A stretch of 6,610 nucleotides of DNA from a virus (Duplodnaviria > Heunggongvirae > Uroviricota > Caudoviricetes), in IMG/VR virus record IMGVR_UViG_2706794671_000007. One strand, given 5' to 3'. The position numbers and the translations under genes are program-made. This document shows positions 1 through 5,890 of this stretch, piece by piece. The notes under the pieces were generated by a model. It searched no databases. It was not told where the DNA came from and saw only the letters and a list, made by a program, of their open reading frames with translations. How positions within the stretch are numbered: the stretch's first letter is position 1; every line of letters begins with the position of its first letter.

Positions 1-102
1 GTCTGGGGAATATCTCCCCGGCAGCCTTCAGGGAAAAATATCATCAGATGGCTGCTTAAAAAAAGAACAAATGGTAGTGTCCGCTATTGCCAGTACACCT
101 CA
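1..102. repeat. Left arm of a perfect 102-bp terminal inverted repeat (reverse complement of 6509..6610)
   Basis: Base-by-base comparison: the reverse complement of 6509..6610 equals 1..102 exactly; identity breaks at position 103 versus 6508. The repeat carries open coding frame (frame 2, no stops). Confidence 0.9.
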
Positions 103-301
103 TCCATCACCGAAAAAAATTGGCTTTTACACCATTGGCGATAAAAGCATTTACCTGTATGACCTACGCCGCATGGATGAAATCATGGAGGCTCTTGATA
201 ATCGTTCGTCGATGGATTGGTGTGTTGCTGTTCATGATATGAATGCAGGGTTTGATGAAAAGATTTTGTTCCCCTCATCAGTTGAAAGCACTGCGGGTTA
301 A
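2..301 (+). CDS. Hypothetical protein, probably 5'-partial (frame open from the window edge; first ATG at 71; stop TAA 299..301)
   Basis: Frame 2 has no stop from position 2 to 298. The ATG at 71 has no Shine-Dalgarno upstream, so the gene likely starts outside the window. The stop lies 10 nt upstream of the next gene. No family recognised. Confidence 0.4.
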   Translation, partial: SGEYLPGSLQGKISSDGCLKKEQMVVSAIASTPHPSPKKIGFYTIGDKSIYLYDLRRMDEIMEALDNRSSMDWCVAVHDMNAGFDEKILFPSSVESTAG

Positions 302-311
302 GGAGTAACAC

Positions 312-479
312 ATGACCACTATTACCAAAGAACGTATTGAATTGTTCATTAAAAACCCGCTTGAAAACGGGCTTACCCGTGGTGAACAAATGGAACTGGC
401 ACGGATTGCGCTGGCATCGCTGGAAGCAGAGCCGGTTGTGTTCTGGTTTGAAAAATATCAAGAAGGGGCTACGGCATGA
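312..479 (+). CDS. Small hypothetical protein, 55 aa ([55 protein letters not shown]); paralogue of the downstream 114-aa protein
   Basis: Not in the supplied ORF track (under 60 aa). ATG 312 is preceded by a consensus SD, AGGAG at 301..305, with 6-nt spacing. The stop TGA 477..479 overlaps the ATG of the next gene (ATGA). Shares the N-terminus MTT(I/F)T(K/R)E and the motif IAL-x-SL-x-AEP with the 476..820 product. Confidence 0.55.
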   Translation: MTTITKERIELFIKNPLENGLTRGEQMELARIALASLEAEPVVFWFEKYQEGATA

Positions 480-820
480 CGACTTTTACCAGAGAGCAGT
501 TAATAGCTCACGCAGAGGAGACTATTGAAGCACAGAGACTGTGCATACCGGGCACAATCGACCATGACATCATCCGCACATATAAGATGGATATTGCTGT
601 TCTGGAAATCGCACTGGTATCGCTGGCAGCAGAGCCAGCCGGTAAATTGCATGAATACAAACCAGTGGGATATCAGCGTCTGGTCGATGAGTTAACCATG
701 CTGGTAAAGCAGTTAACCTGGCAACTGAGGAAAGCGAAGCCAGACTGCAAATTACCGGATAAGGCGATGAGTTATCTGGAGCGGAACGGACTGATAAGCG
801 TGGAGGATATTTTACGATGA
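476..820 (+). CDS. Hypothetical phage protein, 114 aa; tandem paralogue of the 55-aa ORF
   Basis: ORF-track ORF. ATG overlaps the upstream stop (ATGA at 476..479). The N-terminus [10 protein letters not shown] and motif [12 protein letters not shown] parallel the upstream protein. Its stop TGA 818..820 overlaps the ATG 817..819 of a following mini-ORF. Confidence 0.65.
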   Translation: MTTFTREQLIAHAEETIEAQRLCIPGTIDHDIIRTYKMDIAVLEIALVSLAAEPAGKLHEYKPVGYQRLVDELTMLVKQLTWQLRKAKPDCKLPDKAMSYLERNGLISVEDILR

Positions 821-900
821 CCTGGCCTGAAGCATTAACAACGGTAGGAATTGCGATGGCGGTGGCGCTGGTGGTGTATTCGATTTGCCGCTGGGGATAA
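817..900 (+). CDS. Candidate 27-aa hydrophobic (single transmembrane-like) peptide [27 protein letters not shown]
   Basis: ATG 817 overlaps the upstream stop (ATGA). GGAGGA at 802..807 sits 9 nt upstream. The hydrophobic core [13 protein letters not shown] is followed by basic/aromatic CRWG; stop TAA 898..900. Not in the ORF track (too short). Confidence 0.4.
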   Translation: MTWPEALTTVGIAMAVALVVYSICRWG

Positions 901-907
901 AAACGGT

Positions 908-935
908 TTGCGGGAAAAGGAGAGTTAAGTAGAAT
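908..935 (+). promoter_or_regulatory. Candidate sigma70 promoter for the hok mRNA (-35 TTGCGG 908..913, 16-nt spacer, -10 TAGAAT 930..935)
   Basis: Hexamers read directly. The predicted transcription start near 942 coincides with the GGGTGCTTGAGG element (942..953) that is complementary to the mRNA 3' region (see findings). Confidence 0.4.
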
Positions 936-981
936 TGCAGCGGGTGCTTGAGGCTATCTGTCTCAGGCATGAACACCAAAA

Positions 982-1063
982 GGCAGATAGAGAAAAGCCC
1001 CAGTTAACATTACGCGTCCGGCAAGACGCTTAACATTAATCTGAGGCTCAATCTATGAACGGC
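982..1063 (-). ncRNA. Candidate Sok-like antisense RNA of the hok locus (approximate ends); candidate promoter on the minus strand -35 TTGCCT (1098..1093), 17-nt spacer, -10 TAACCT (1075..1070)
   Basis: In hok/sok loci the antisense RNA is transcribed opposite to the mok leader and start region. A minus-strand promoter-like pair of hexamers lies inside the mok-like N-terminal extension and points toward the mok SD/start at 1043..1057. The 3' end is not defined by a clean terminator, so coordinates are approximate. Confidence 0.3.
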
Positions 1064-1111
1064 AAATCTAGGTTAGCCTCTTACGTGCCGAAAGGCAAGG
1101 AGAAGCAGGCT

Positions 1112-1267
1112 ATGAAGCAGCAAAAGGCGATGTTAATCGCCCTGATCGTCATCTGTTTAACCGTCATAGTGACGGCACTGGTAACGAGGAAAGACCTCTG
1201 CGAGGTACGAATTCGAACCGGCCAGACGGAGGTCGCTGTCTTCACAGCTTACGAACCTGAGGAGTAA
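1112..1267 (+). CDS. hokD: Hok-family type I toxin, 51 aa, matching HokD/RelF (MKQQKAMLIALIVICLTVIVTALVTRKDLCEVRIRTGQTEVAVFTAYEPEE); an in-frame upstream ATG at 1055 gives a 70-aa mok-like overlapping frame
   Basis: Internal Met of ORF-track ORF 1055..1267. AAGGAG at 1097..1102 sits 9 nt upstream of ATG 1112. The peptide has the Hok/Gef architecture (N-terminal transmembrane helix, conserved C-terminal region) and matches HokD of the K-12 Qin prophage as I recall it. The ATG at 1055 has its own SD (GAGG 1043..1046). Confidence 0.85.
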   Translation: MKQQKAMLIALIVICLTVIVTALVTRKDLCEVRIRTGQTEVAVFTAYEPEE

Positions 1268-1335
1268 GAGACCAGGCGGGGGAGAAATCCCTCGCCACCT
1301 CTGATGGGTCAGGCATCCTCAATGCACCCACACTT

Positions 1336-1362
1336 AACCCGCTTCGGCGGGTTTTTGTTTTT
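1336..1362 (+). terminator. Rho-independent terminator ending the hok mRNA
   Basis: Stem CCCGC (1338..1342), loop TTCG, stem GCGGG (1347..1351), followed by TTTTTGTTTTT. Confidence 0.75.
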
Positions 1363-1484
1363 ATTTTCAACGCGTTTGAAGTTTTAGATGGTGCCGGAAT
1401 AGAATCAAAAATACTTAAGTAGCGCGCAGGGAGAAGAGGGATGGACCCCGAACAGGGGAGTGCTATTTATCTGGAAGGATTCTG

Positions 1485-1769
1485 TTGATGAAAATCGAAG
1501 AATTACGTGAAATTTTTAGTGAAGATGGCCTCTATACTGTGCGCGTTGAGAATGGCGCTATTGTCAGCCACTGCCTTCCAGACTACACAATTCTGATAAT
1601 TCAGCCGTCTTTGCCAGCAGGCACGGGCGGCGCTCTCACGCATTTAAATCTGATTGGTACCAGCATCCCCCATGCACTGAAGAACAGGCCGAATGGCTCA
1701 TTCAGTGTTACCGCAGGCGCGGATGCGAGGTTAAAAAAGCCCTTAGCCTCGACTACCGTCACTGGATAA
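1485..1769 (+). CDS. Hypothetical protein, 94 aa; occupies the position of rem between hokD and ydfU in the K-12 Qin prophage
   Basis: ORF-track ORF. GGAAGGA at 1472..1478 lies upstream of ATG 1485 (or 1488). The C-terminal half is low-complexity (PSLPAGTGGALT...SFSVTAGADA), so the true stop or frame may differ. Assignment by synteny only. Confidence 0.4.
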   Translation: MMKIEELREIFSEDGLYTVRVENGAIVSHCLPDYTILIIQPSLPAGTGGALTHLNLIGTSIPHALKNRPNGSFSVTAGADARLKKPLASTTVTG

Positions 1770-1844
1770 TCTCCGTCAGGCTCCCTTACTCCGAACGGCC
1801 AACGCGTCCGTCCCGCACATTCCAGCAACGGATCTGGAGGTAAT

Positions 1845-2903
1845 GTGCGGGTATTACTTCGACCTGTTCTGGTACCGGAACTCGGTCTGGTTATCGTTAA
1901 GCCAGGCCGTGAATCAATGTCAGCATTCCATAACGGCAGAATACTGGTGGAGCCGGAACCAAAAAGCATGCGTAATCTGCCGTCCGGGGTCGTTCCTGCC
2001 GCTCGCCAGCCGCTGGTGGAAGACAAAACATTGCTGCCGTTTTTCAGTAACGCACGGGTGATTCGTGCTGCTGGTGGTGCTGGTGCATTGTCTGACTGGC
2101 TGTTGCGCCATATTAAATCCTGCCAGTGGCCACACGGCGATTATCATCACAGCGAAACCGTCATTCACCGTTATGGTACCGGCGCAATGGTGTTGTGCTG
2201 GCACTGCGACAACCAGCTGCGTGACCAGACATCCGAATCACTCGAGCAACTTGCTCATCAAAACCTGTCAGCATGGATGATTGACGTCATCGGTCACGCA
2301 ATAAGCGGTACGCAGGAGCGTGAATTATCTCTGGCTGAATTATCCTGGTGGGCGGTCCGCAATCAGGTGGCGGACGCGCTACCGGAAGCGGTATTACGTC
2401 GTTCGCTGGGGTTGCGTGCGGAAAAAATTCGCTCTGTGTACAGTGAAAGCGACATCATACCGGGAGAGCAGACAGCCACCAGCATACTGAAGCAGCGCAC
2501 AAAAAATATTGCGTTACTGCCTCACGTCCACCAGCAACAGAACCCACCACAGGAAAAGACGGTGGTCAGCATTGCCGTTGATCCGGAGTCACCGGCTCAG
2601 TATCTCCAGCGCCAGAAATCACAACGGGAAGAGATGCCTGTATACACGCGCTGGGTAAAAACGCAGAAATGCATGACGTGTGGCAATCAGGCAGATGATC
2701 CGCATCACATCATTGGTCATGGACTGGGAGGGATGGGAACAAAGGCTGATGATTTGTTTGTTATTCCGTTATGCCGTAAATGCCGTAACGAACTACATGC
2801 CGGAGTAAAAGATTTTGAAGAGAAACACGGCAGTCAGCTGTTGTTGCTGATTCGTTTTTTAATGCACGCGAGAAATTCGGGTGTTCTGAAGTGGAAAGCA
2901 TAA
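1845..2903 (+). CDS. DUF968-like (YdfU-like) prophage protein, 352 aa, with a C-terminal HNH-like Cys/His motif; putative nuclease or zinc-binding protein
   Basis: ORF-track ORF with a GTG start at 1845 preceded by GGAGG (1836..1840); alternative in-frame ATGs at 1917 and 1967. C-terminal CMTCGN...HHIIGHGLGG...CRKCRNELH resembles an HNH/zinc-finger nuclease motif; a second cluster is HHSETVIHRYGTGAMVLCWHCDNQL. Stop TAA 2901..2903 directly abuts the rusA ATG. Confidence 0.7.
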   Translation: MRVLLRPVLVPELGLVIVKPGRESMSAFHNGRILVEPEPKSMRNLPSGVVPAARQPLVEDKTLLPFFSNARVIRAAGGAGALSDWLLRHIKSCQWPHGDYHHSETVIHRYGTGAMVLCWHCDNQLRDQTSESLEQLAHQNLSAWMIDVIGHAISGTQERELSLAELSWWAVRNQVADALPEAVLRRSLGLRAEKIRSVYSESDIIPGEQTATSILKQRTKNIALLPHVHQQQNPPQEKTVVSIAVDPESPAQYLQRQKSQREEMPVYTRWVKTQKCMTCGNQADDPHHIIGHGLGGMGTKADDLFVIPLCRKCRNELHAGVKDFEEKHGSQLLLLIRFLMHARNSGVLKWKA

Positions 2904-3284
2904 ATGACCGAGCGCATAGAATTTGTTTTACCTTACCCGCCGACGGTGAACACTTACTGGCGTCGTCGTGGCAGCACATATTTTGTATCAAAAGCCGGGG
3001 AGCGTTATCGCCGGGCAGTGGCGCTTATTGTTCGCCAGCAGCGGCTGAAATTAAGCCTGTCCGGAAGGTTGGCAATAAAAATTATTGCAGAACCACCGGA
3101 TAAGCGCCGCCGTGACCTGGACAATATTCTGAAAGCGCCGCTGGATGCGCTGACGCATGCGGGGTTGCTAATGGACGATGAGCAGTTTGATGAAATCAAT
3201 ATCGTTCGTGCTCAGCCAGTATCTGGTGGACGTCTGGGGGTGAAGATTTATCCCATAATGCTTGAAGGGCAGGTCAAAAAATGA
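2904..3284 (+). CDS. rusA: RusA-family Holliday junction resolvase (crossover junction endodeoxyribonuclease), 126 aa
   Basis: The translation carries the RusA catalytic-region signature PDKRRRDLDNILKAPLDALTHAGLLMDDEQF (acidic residues in RRRDLDN and MDDEQ), closely paralleling E. coli RusA. Size and nin-region position immediately upstream of Q fit. Confidence 0.9.
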   Translation: MTERIEFVLPYPPTVNTYWRRRGSTYFVSKAGERYRRAVALIVRQQRLKLSLSGRLAIKIIAEPPDKRRRDLDNILKAPLDALTHAGLLMDDEQFDEINIVRAQPVSGGRLGVKIYPIMLEGQVKK

Positions 3285-4102
3285 AACTGGAAGATTTACC
3301 GAAATACTACTCCCCAAAATCCCCCGGCCTGACTGATGCATCGGCCTCAACGTCGAAAGATGCGCTGAGTATCACTGATGTGATGGCCGCGCAGGGCATG
3401 ACACAGAATCGGGCTGAGATGGGGGTTTCTGCGTTCCTTGGGAAAATGGGCATTAGTATGAATGACAGAGAGCGGGCAACAGAATTGCTGACAGAATATG
3501 CACTCAGTCGGTGTGATCGCGTGGCGGCGTTAAGAAAACTCCCGGCAGAAATAAAACCGGCAGTGATGCGTATTATGGCTTCGTATGCGTTTGAAGATTA
3601 TGCCCGTAGCGCGGCGAGCAAAAAACAGTGCCCCTGCTGTCACGGAAAAAAATTTATTGAAAGCGAGGTTTTTACAAACAAGATCCAGTATCCGGATGGT
3701 AAGCCGCCGGTATGGGCAAAGTGTACGAAAGGTGTGTATCCGTCTTACTGGGAAGAATGGAAAAAAGTCAGGGAGGTGGTAAAAGTTGCCTGTCCGGAGT
3801 GTGGCGGAAAGGGTGAGGTTTCCACCGCCTGTAAGGATTGCCGTGGGCGTGGTGTCGCCATTCATCGTGAAGAGTCGGTAAAACGTGGTATGCCTGTTAT
3901 CAGAGACTGCCAGCGTTGTGGTGGTCGTGGCTATGAAAGACTACCATCAACGGAGGCATTTAATGCTATATGCGAGGTGACAAACCAGATAACACGCGCG
4001 TCATGGGAAAAAACAGTTAAGAAATTTTATGATGCGCTGGTGACCCGGTTTGATATTGAAGAAGCATGGGCTGAGCGGCAGTTAAAAAAGGTAACTAGGT
4101 AA
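3281..4102 (+). CDS. Late-gene antitermination protein Q, 273 aa, Cys-rich zinc-binding type
   Basis: ATG overlaps the rusA stop (ATGA 3281..3284). Multiple CxxC pairs (CPCC, CPEC, CKDC, CQRC). The position directly upstream of a PR'-like promoter plus short-leader terminator is the canonical Q / qut / tR' arrangement. Confidence 0.75.
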   Translation: MKLEDLPKYYSPKSPGLTDASASTSKDALSITDVMAAQGMTQNRAEMGVSAFLGKMGISMNDRERATELLTEYALSRCDRVAALRKLPAEIKPAVMRIMASYAFEDYARSAASKKQCPCCHGKKFIESEVFTNKIQYPDGKPPVWAKCTKGVYPSYWEEWKKVREVVKVACPECGGKGEVSTACKDCRGRGVAIHREESVKRGMPVIRDCQRCGGRGYERLPSTEAFNAICEVTNQITRASWEKTVKKFYDALVTRFDIEEAWAERQLKKVTR

Positions 4103-4107
4103 CAAGG

Positions 4108-4135
4108 TTGATTTTTCCGGAATCTGTGGTAAATT
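4108..4135 (+). promoter_or_regulatory. PR'-like late promoter and qut region (-35 TTGATT 4108..4113; extended -10 TGgTAAATT, hexamer 4130..4135)
   Basis: Lies 6 nt after the Q stop. The -10 TAAATT and the downstream AACGATGGG (4142..4150) resemble the lambda PR' / 6S RNA start region as I recall it. Confidence 0.5.
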
Positions 4136-4182
4136 CGTCATAACGATGGGCGTTTTATGCCTGACGTTAGAAGAGTTTCTAC

Positions 4183-4208
4183 AACCCGCCGCCGAGCGGG
4201 TTTTTTAT
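4183..4208 (+). terminator. tR'-like rho-independent terminator downstream of the late promoter (target of Q antitermination)
   Basis: Stem CCCGC (4185..4189), loop CGCCGA, stem GCGGG (4196..4200), then TTTTTTAT. Lies about 60 nt downstream of the predicted PR' start. Confidence 0.6.
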
Positions 4209-4326
4209 GACTGAAATCGCGTCAGTACAGTAAACGCGCTGGTGGCGGTGAATACCTGTCTTTCAGCTTGCTGGCTTTTTCGACAAGAGTTATTGGTGTG
4301 TCACGTTAACCGGAAAAGGAAAAGAC

Positions 4327-4524
4327 ATGCTAAAACAGCAGGATATGACAGAAACCGCCAGAGTGGTGTTTAATGAATTAAGCGTTACCGAACCGGCGAC
4401 AGTCGGGGAGATAGCGCAGAATACTTACCTTTCACGCGAACGCTGCCAGTTAATACTGACCCAGCTGGTTATGGCGGGTCTGGCAGACTATCAGTTCGGT
4501 TGTTACAGACGCCTTCCGCAGTGA
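4327..4524 (+). CDS. Small putative winged-helix / HTH DNA-binding protein, 65 aa
   Basis: ORF-track ORF. SD AAGGA at 4316..4320 with 6-nt spacing. The segment TVGEIAQNTYLSRERCQLILTQLVMAGL looks like a helix-turn-helix recognition region (by eye). Followed by its own terminator. Confidence 0.55.
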   Translation: MLKQQDMTETARVVFNELSVTEPATVGEIAQNTYLSRERCQLILTQLVMAGLADYQFGCYRRLPQ

Positions 4525-4538
4525 AGGCTTTTTTATTT
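4511..4538 (+). terminator. Rho-independent terminator overlapping the stop codon of the 65-aa gene
   Basis: Stem GCCTTC (4511..4516), loop CGCAGT, stem GAAGGC (4523..4528), followed by TTTTTTATTT. Confidence 0.65.
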
Positions 4539-4674
4539 GTGGTAAATGGGCGGCTGGTGGGTGTTAGGGGCACCCACCAGCCATCTGCTCATGCGTTGGG
4601 TTCACAAGCAAACCTCAGGCCCACTGCTTTGCGCAAAAGCAGAATGAGCCTATCAGAGACAGGCTTAATGATCC

Positions 4675-5733
4675 ATGCTTAATACTGTAAAAATATCCAG
4701 TTGTGAGTTAATCAACGCCGACTGCCTGGAATTTATCCGGTCGTTACCCGAAAATTCTGTTGACCTGATAGTCACGGACCCGCCGTACTTTAAAGTGAAG
4801 CCTGAGGGCTGGGATAACCAGTGGAAGGGCGACGATGATTACCTGAAGTGGCTGGACCAGTGTCTGGCGCAGTTCTGGCGGGTGCTGAAACCTGCCGGAA
4901 GTCTTTACCTGTTCTGTGGTCATCGCCTGGCATCTGATATCGAAATCATGATGCGTGAACGCTTCAGTGTGCTGAACCATATTATCTGGGCGAAGCCGTC
5001 CGGACGCTGGAACGGATGCAACAAGGAAAGCCTGCGGGCGTATTTCCCCGCCACAGAGCGCATTCTGTTCGCGGAACATTATCAGGGGCCGTATCGTCCG
5101 AAAGATGCCGGGTATGCGGCGAAGGGCAGTGCACTGAAACAGCATGTGATGGCCCCGCTGATTTCTTACTTTCGTGATGCGCGAGCTGCCCTGGGGATAA
5201 CGGCAAAACAGATTGCAGATGCCACAGGAAAGAAAAACATGGTGTCGCACTGGTTCAGTGCCGGTCAGTGGCAGTTGCCGAATGAAAGCGATTATCTGAA
5301 ATTACAGGCGCTGTTTGCCCGGGTGGCAGAAGAGAAGCATCGGCGTGGTGAACTGGAAAAGCTCCACCACCAGCTGGTGGATACGTATACCTCACTGAAC
5401 CGGCAGTATGCGGAGCTGCTGAGTGAATATAAACATCTGCGGCGGTATTTTGGCGTGACGGTGCAGGTGCCGTATACCGATGTGTGGACGCATAAACCGG
5501 TGCAGTTCTATCCCGGGAAACATCCGTGCGAAAAACCGGCAGAAATGCTGCAGCAGATAATCAGCGCTAGCAGTCGTCCGGGTGACCTGATTGCAGATTT
5601 TTTCATGGGGTTGGGTTCGACAGTGAAAGCGGCACTGGCGCTCGGGCGTCGTGCAATTGGCGTTGAGCTGGAGACTGAACGTTTTGAGCAGACGGTTCGG
5701 GAAGTACAGGATTTAGTCAGCCAGAACGGATGA
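4675..5733 (+). CDS. Phage-encoded DNA N6-adenine methyltransferase, beta class (motif IV DPPY N-terminal, motif I FxGxG C-terminal), 352 aa; no cognate restriction enzyme visible (orphan)
   Basis: LIVTDPPYF at residues about 31..39 (catalytic motif IV typical of amino-methyltransferases) and DFFMGLGST near residue 300 (AdoMet-binding motif I). The permuted order IV then I defines the beta group. A central insert of about 250 aa is a plausible target-recognition domain. Confidence 0.85.
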   Translation: MLNTVKISSCELINADCLEFIRSLPENSVDLIVTDPPYFKVKPEGWDNQWKGDDDYLKWLDQCLAQFWRVLKPAGSLYLFCGHRLASDIEIMMRERFSVLNHIIWAKPSGRWNGCNKESLRAYFPATERILFAEHYQGPYRPKDAGYAAKGSALKQHVMAPLISYFRDARAALGITAKQIADATGKKNMVSHWFSAGQWQLPNESDYLKLQALFARVAEEKHRRGELEKLHHQLVDTYTSLNRQYAELLSEYKHLRRYFGVTVQVPYTDVWTHKPVQFYPGKHPCEKPAEMLQQIISASSRPGDLIADFFMGLGSTVKAALALGRRAIGVELETERFEQTVREVQDLVSQNG

Positions 5734-5773
5734 TATTGAAGAATTAATTACGCGTCGTTATTATGCGGCTCCC

Positions 5774-5849
5774 GGCCCTTTAGCTCAGTGGTGAGAGCGA
5801 GCGACTCATAATCGCCAGGTCGCTGGTTCAAATCCAGCAAGGGCCACCA
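5774..5849 (+). tRNA. tRNA with anticodon CAT, most likely tRNA-Ile2 (lysidine type, ileX/ileZ-like) rather than tRNA-Met; 76 nt including CCA
   Basis: Cloverleaf folded by hand: acceptor GGCCCTT / AAGGGCC, D-arm GCTC-AGTGGTGA-GAGC, anticodon arm AGCGA-CTCATAA-TCGCC (CAT at positions 34..36), T-arm GCTGG-TTCAAAT-CCAGC, discriminator A plus CCA. Closely resembles E. coli ileX as I recall it. Confidence 0.85.
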
Positions 5850-5890
5850 TCACATACCGCCATTAGCTCATCAGGAAAGAGCGCCAGCCT

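Noticed and set aside
183-528. ORFs 183..461 (minus) and 337..528 (plus) over the small-gene cluster
   Set aside because: They conflict with the SD-supported, translationally coupled + strand ORFs at 312..479 and 476..820 and have no start signals of their own.
1843-1845. ATG at 1843 as the start of the DUF968 gene
   Set aside because: It is in a different frame (giving the 72-aa ORF 1843..2061) and only 2 nt from the SD; the GTG at 1845 opens the long motif-bearing frame.
1601-2280. Overlapping ORFs around the DUF968 gene (1601..2026 minus, 1920..2204 minus, 1843..2061 plus, 2065..2280 plus)
   Set aside because: They lie inside or antisense to a longer, motif-bearing ORF, lack convincing ribosome-binding sites, and have Cys/Arg/Trp-rich compositions typical of out-of-frame translation.
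2761-3865. ORFs overlapping rusA and Q (2761..2991 minus, 2891..3103 plus, 3005..3199 minus, 3168..3350 minus, 3530..3865 minus, 3585..3782 plus)
   Set aside because: Shadow or alternative-frame ORFs within confidently assigned genes.
4500-4682. 60-aa ORF 4500..4682 (plus)
   Set aside because: It runs through a rho-independent terminator and the 12-bp palindrome and has no SD; it is more likely non-coding leader of the methyltransferase.
4744-5250. Minus-strand ORFs inside the methyltransferase gene (4744..5250 and 4982..5206)
   Set aside because: Antisense to a CDS with clear catalytic motifs; no SD; composition typical of shadow ORFs.
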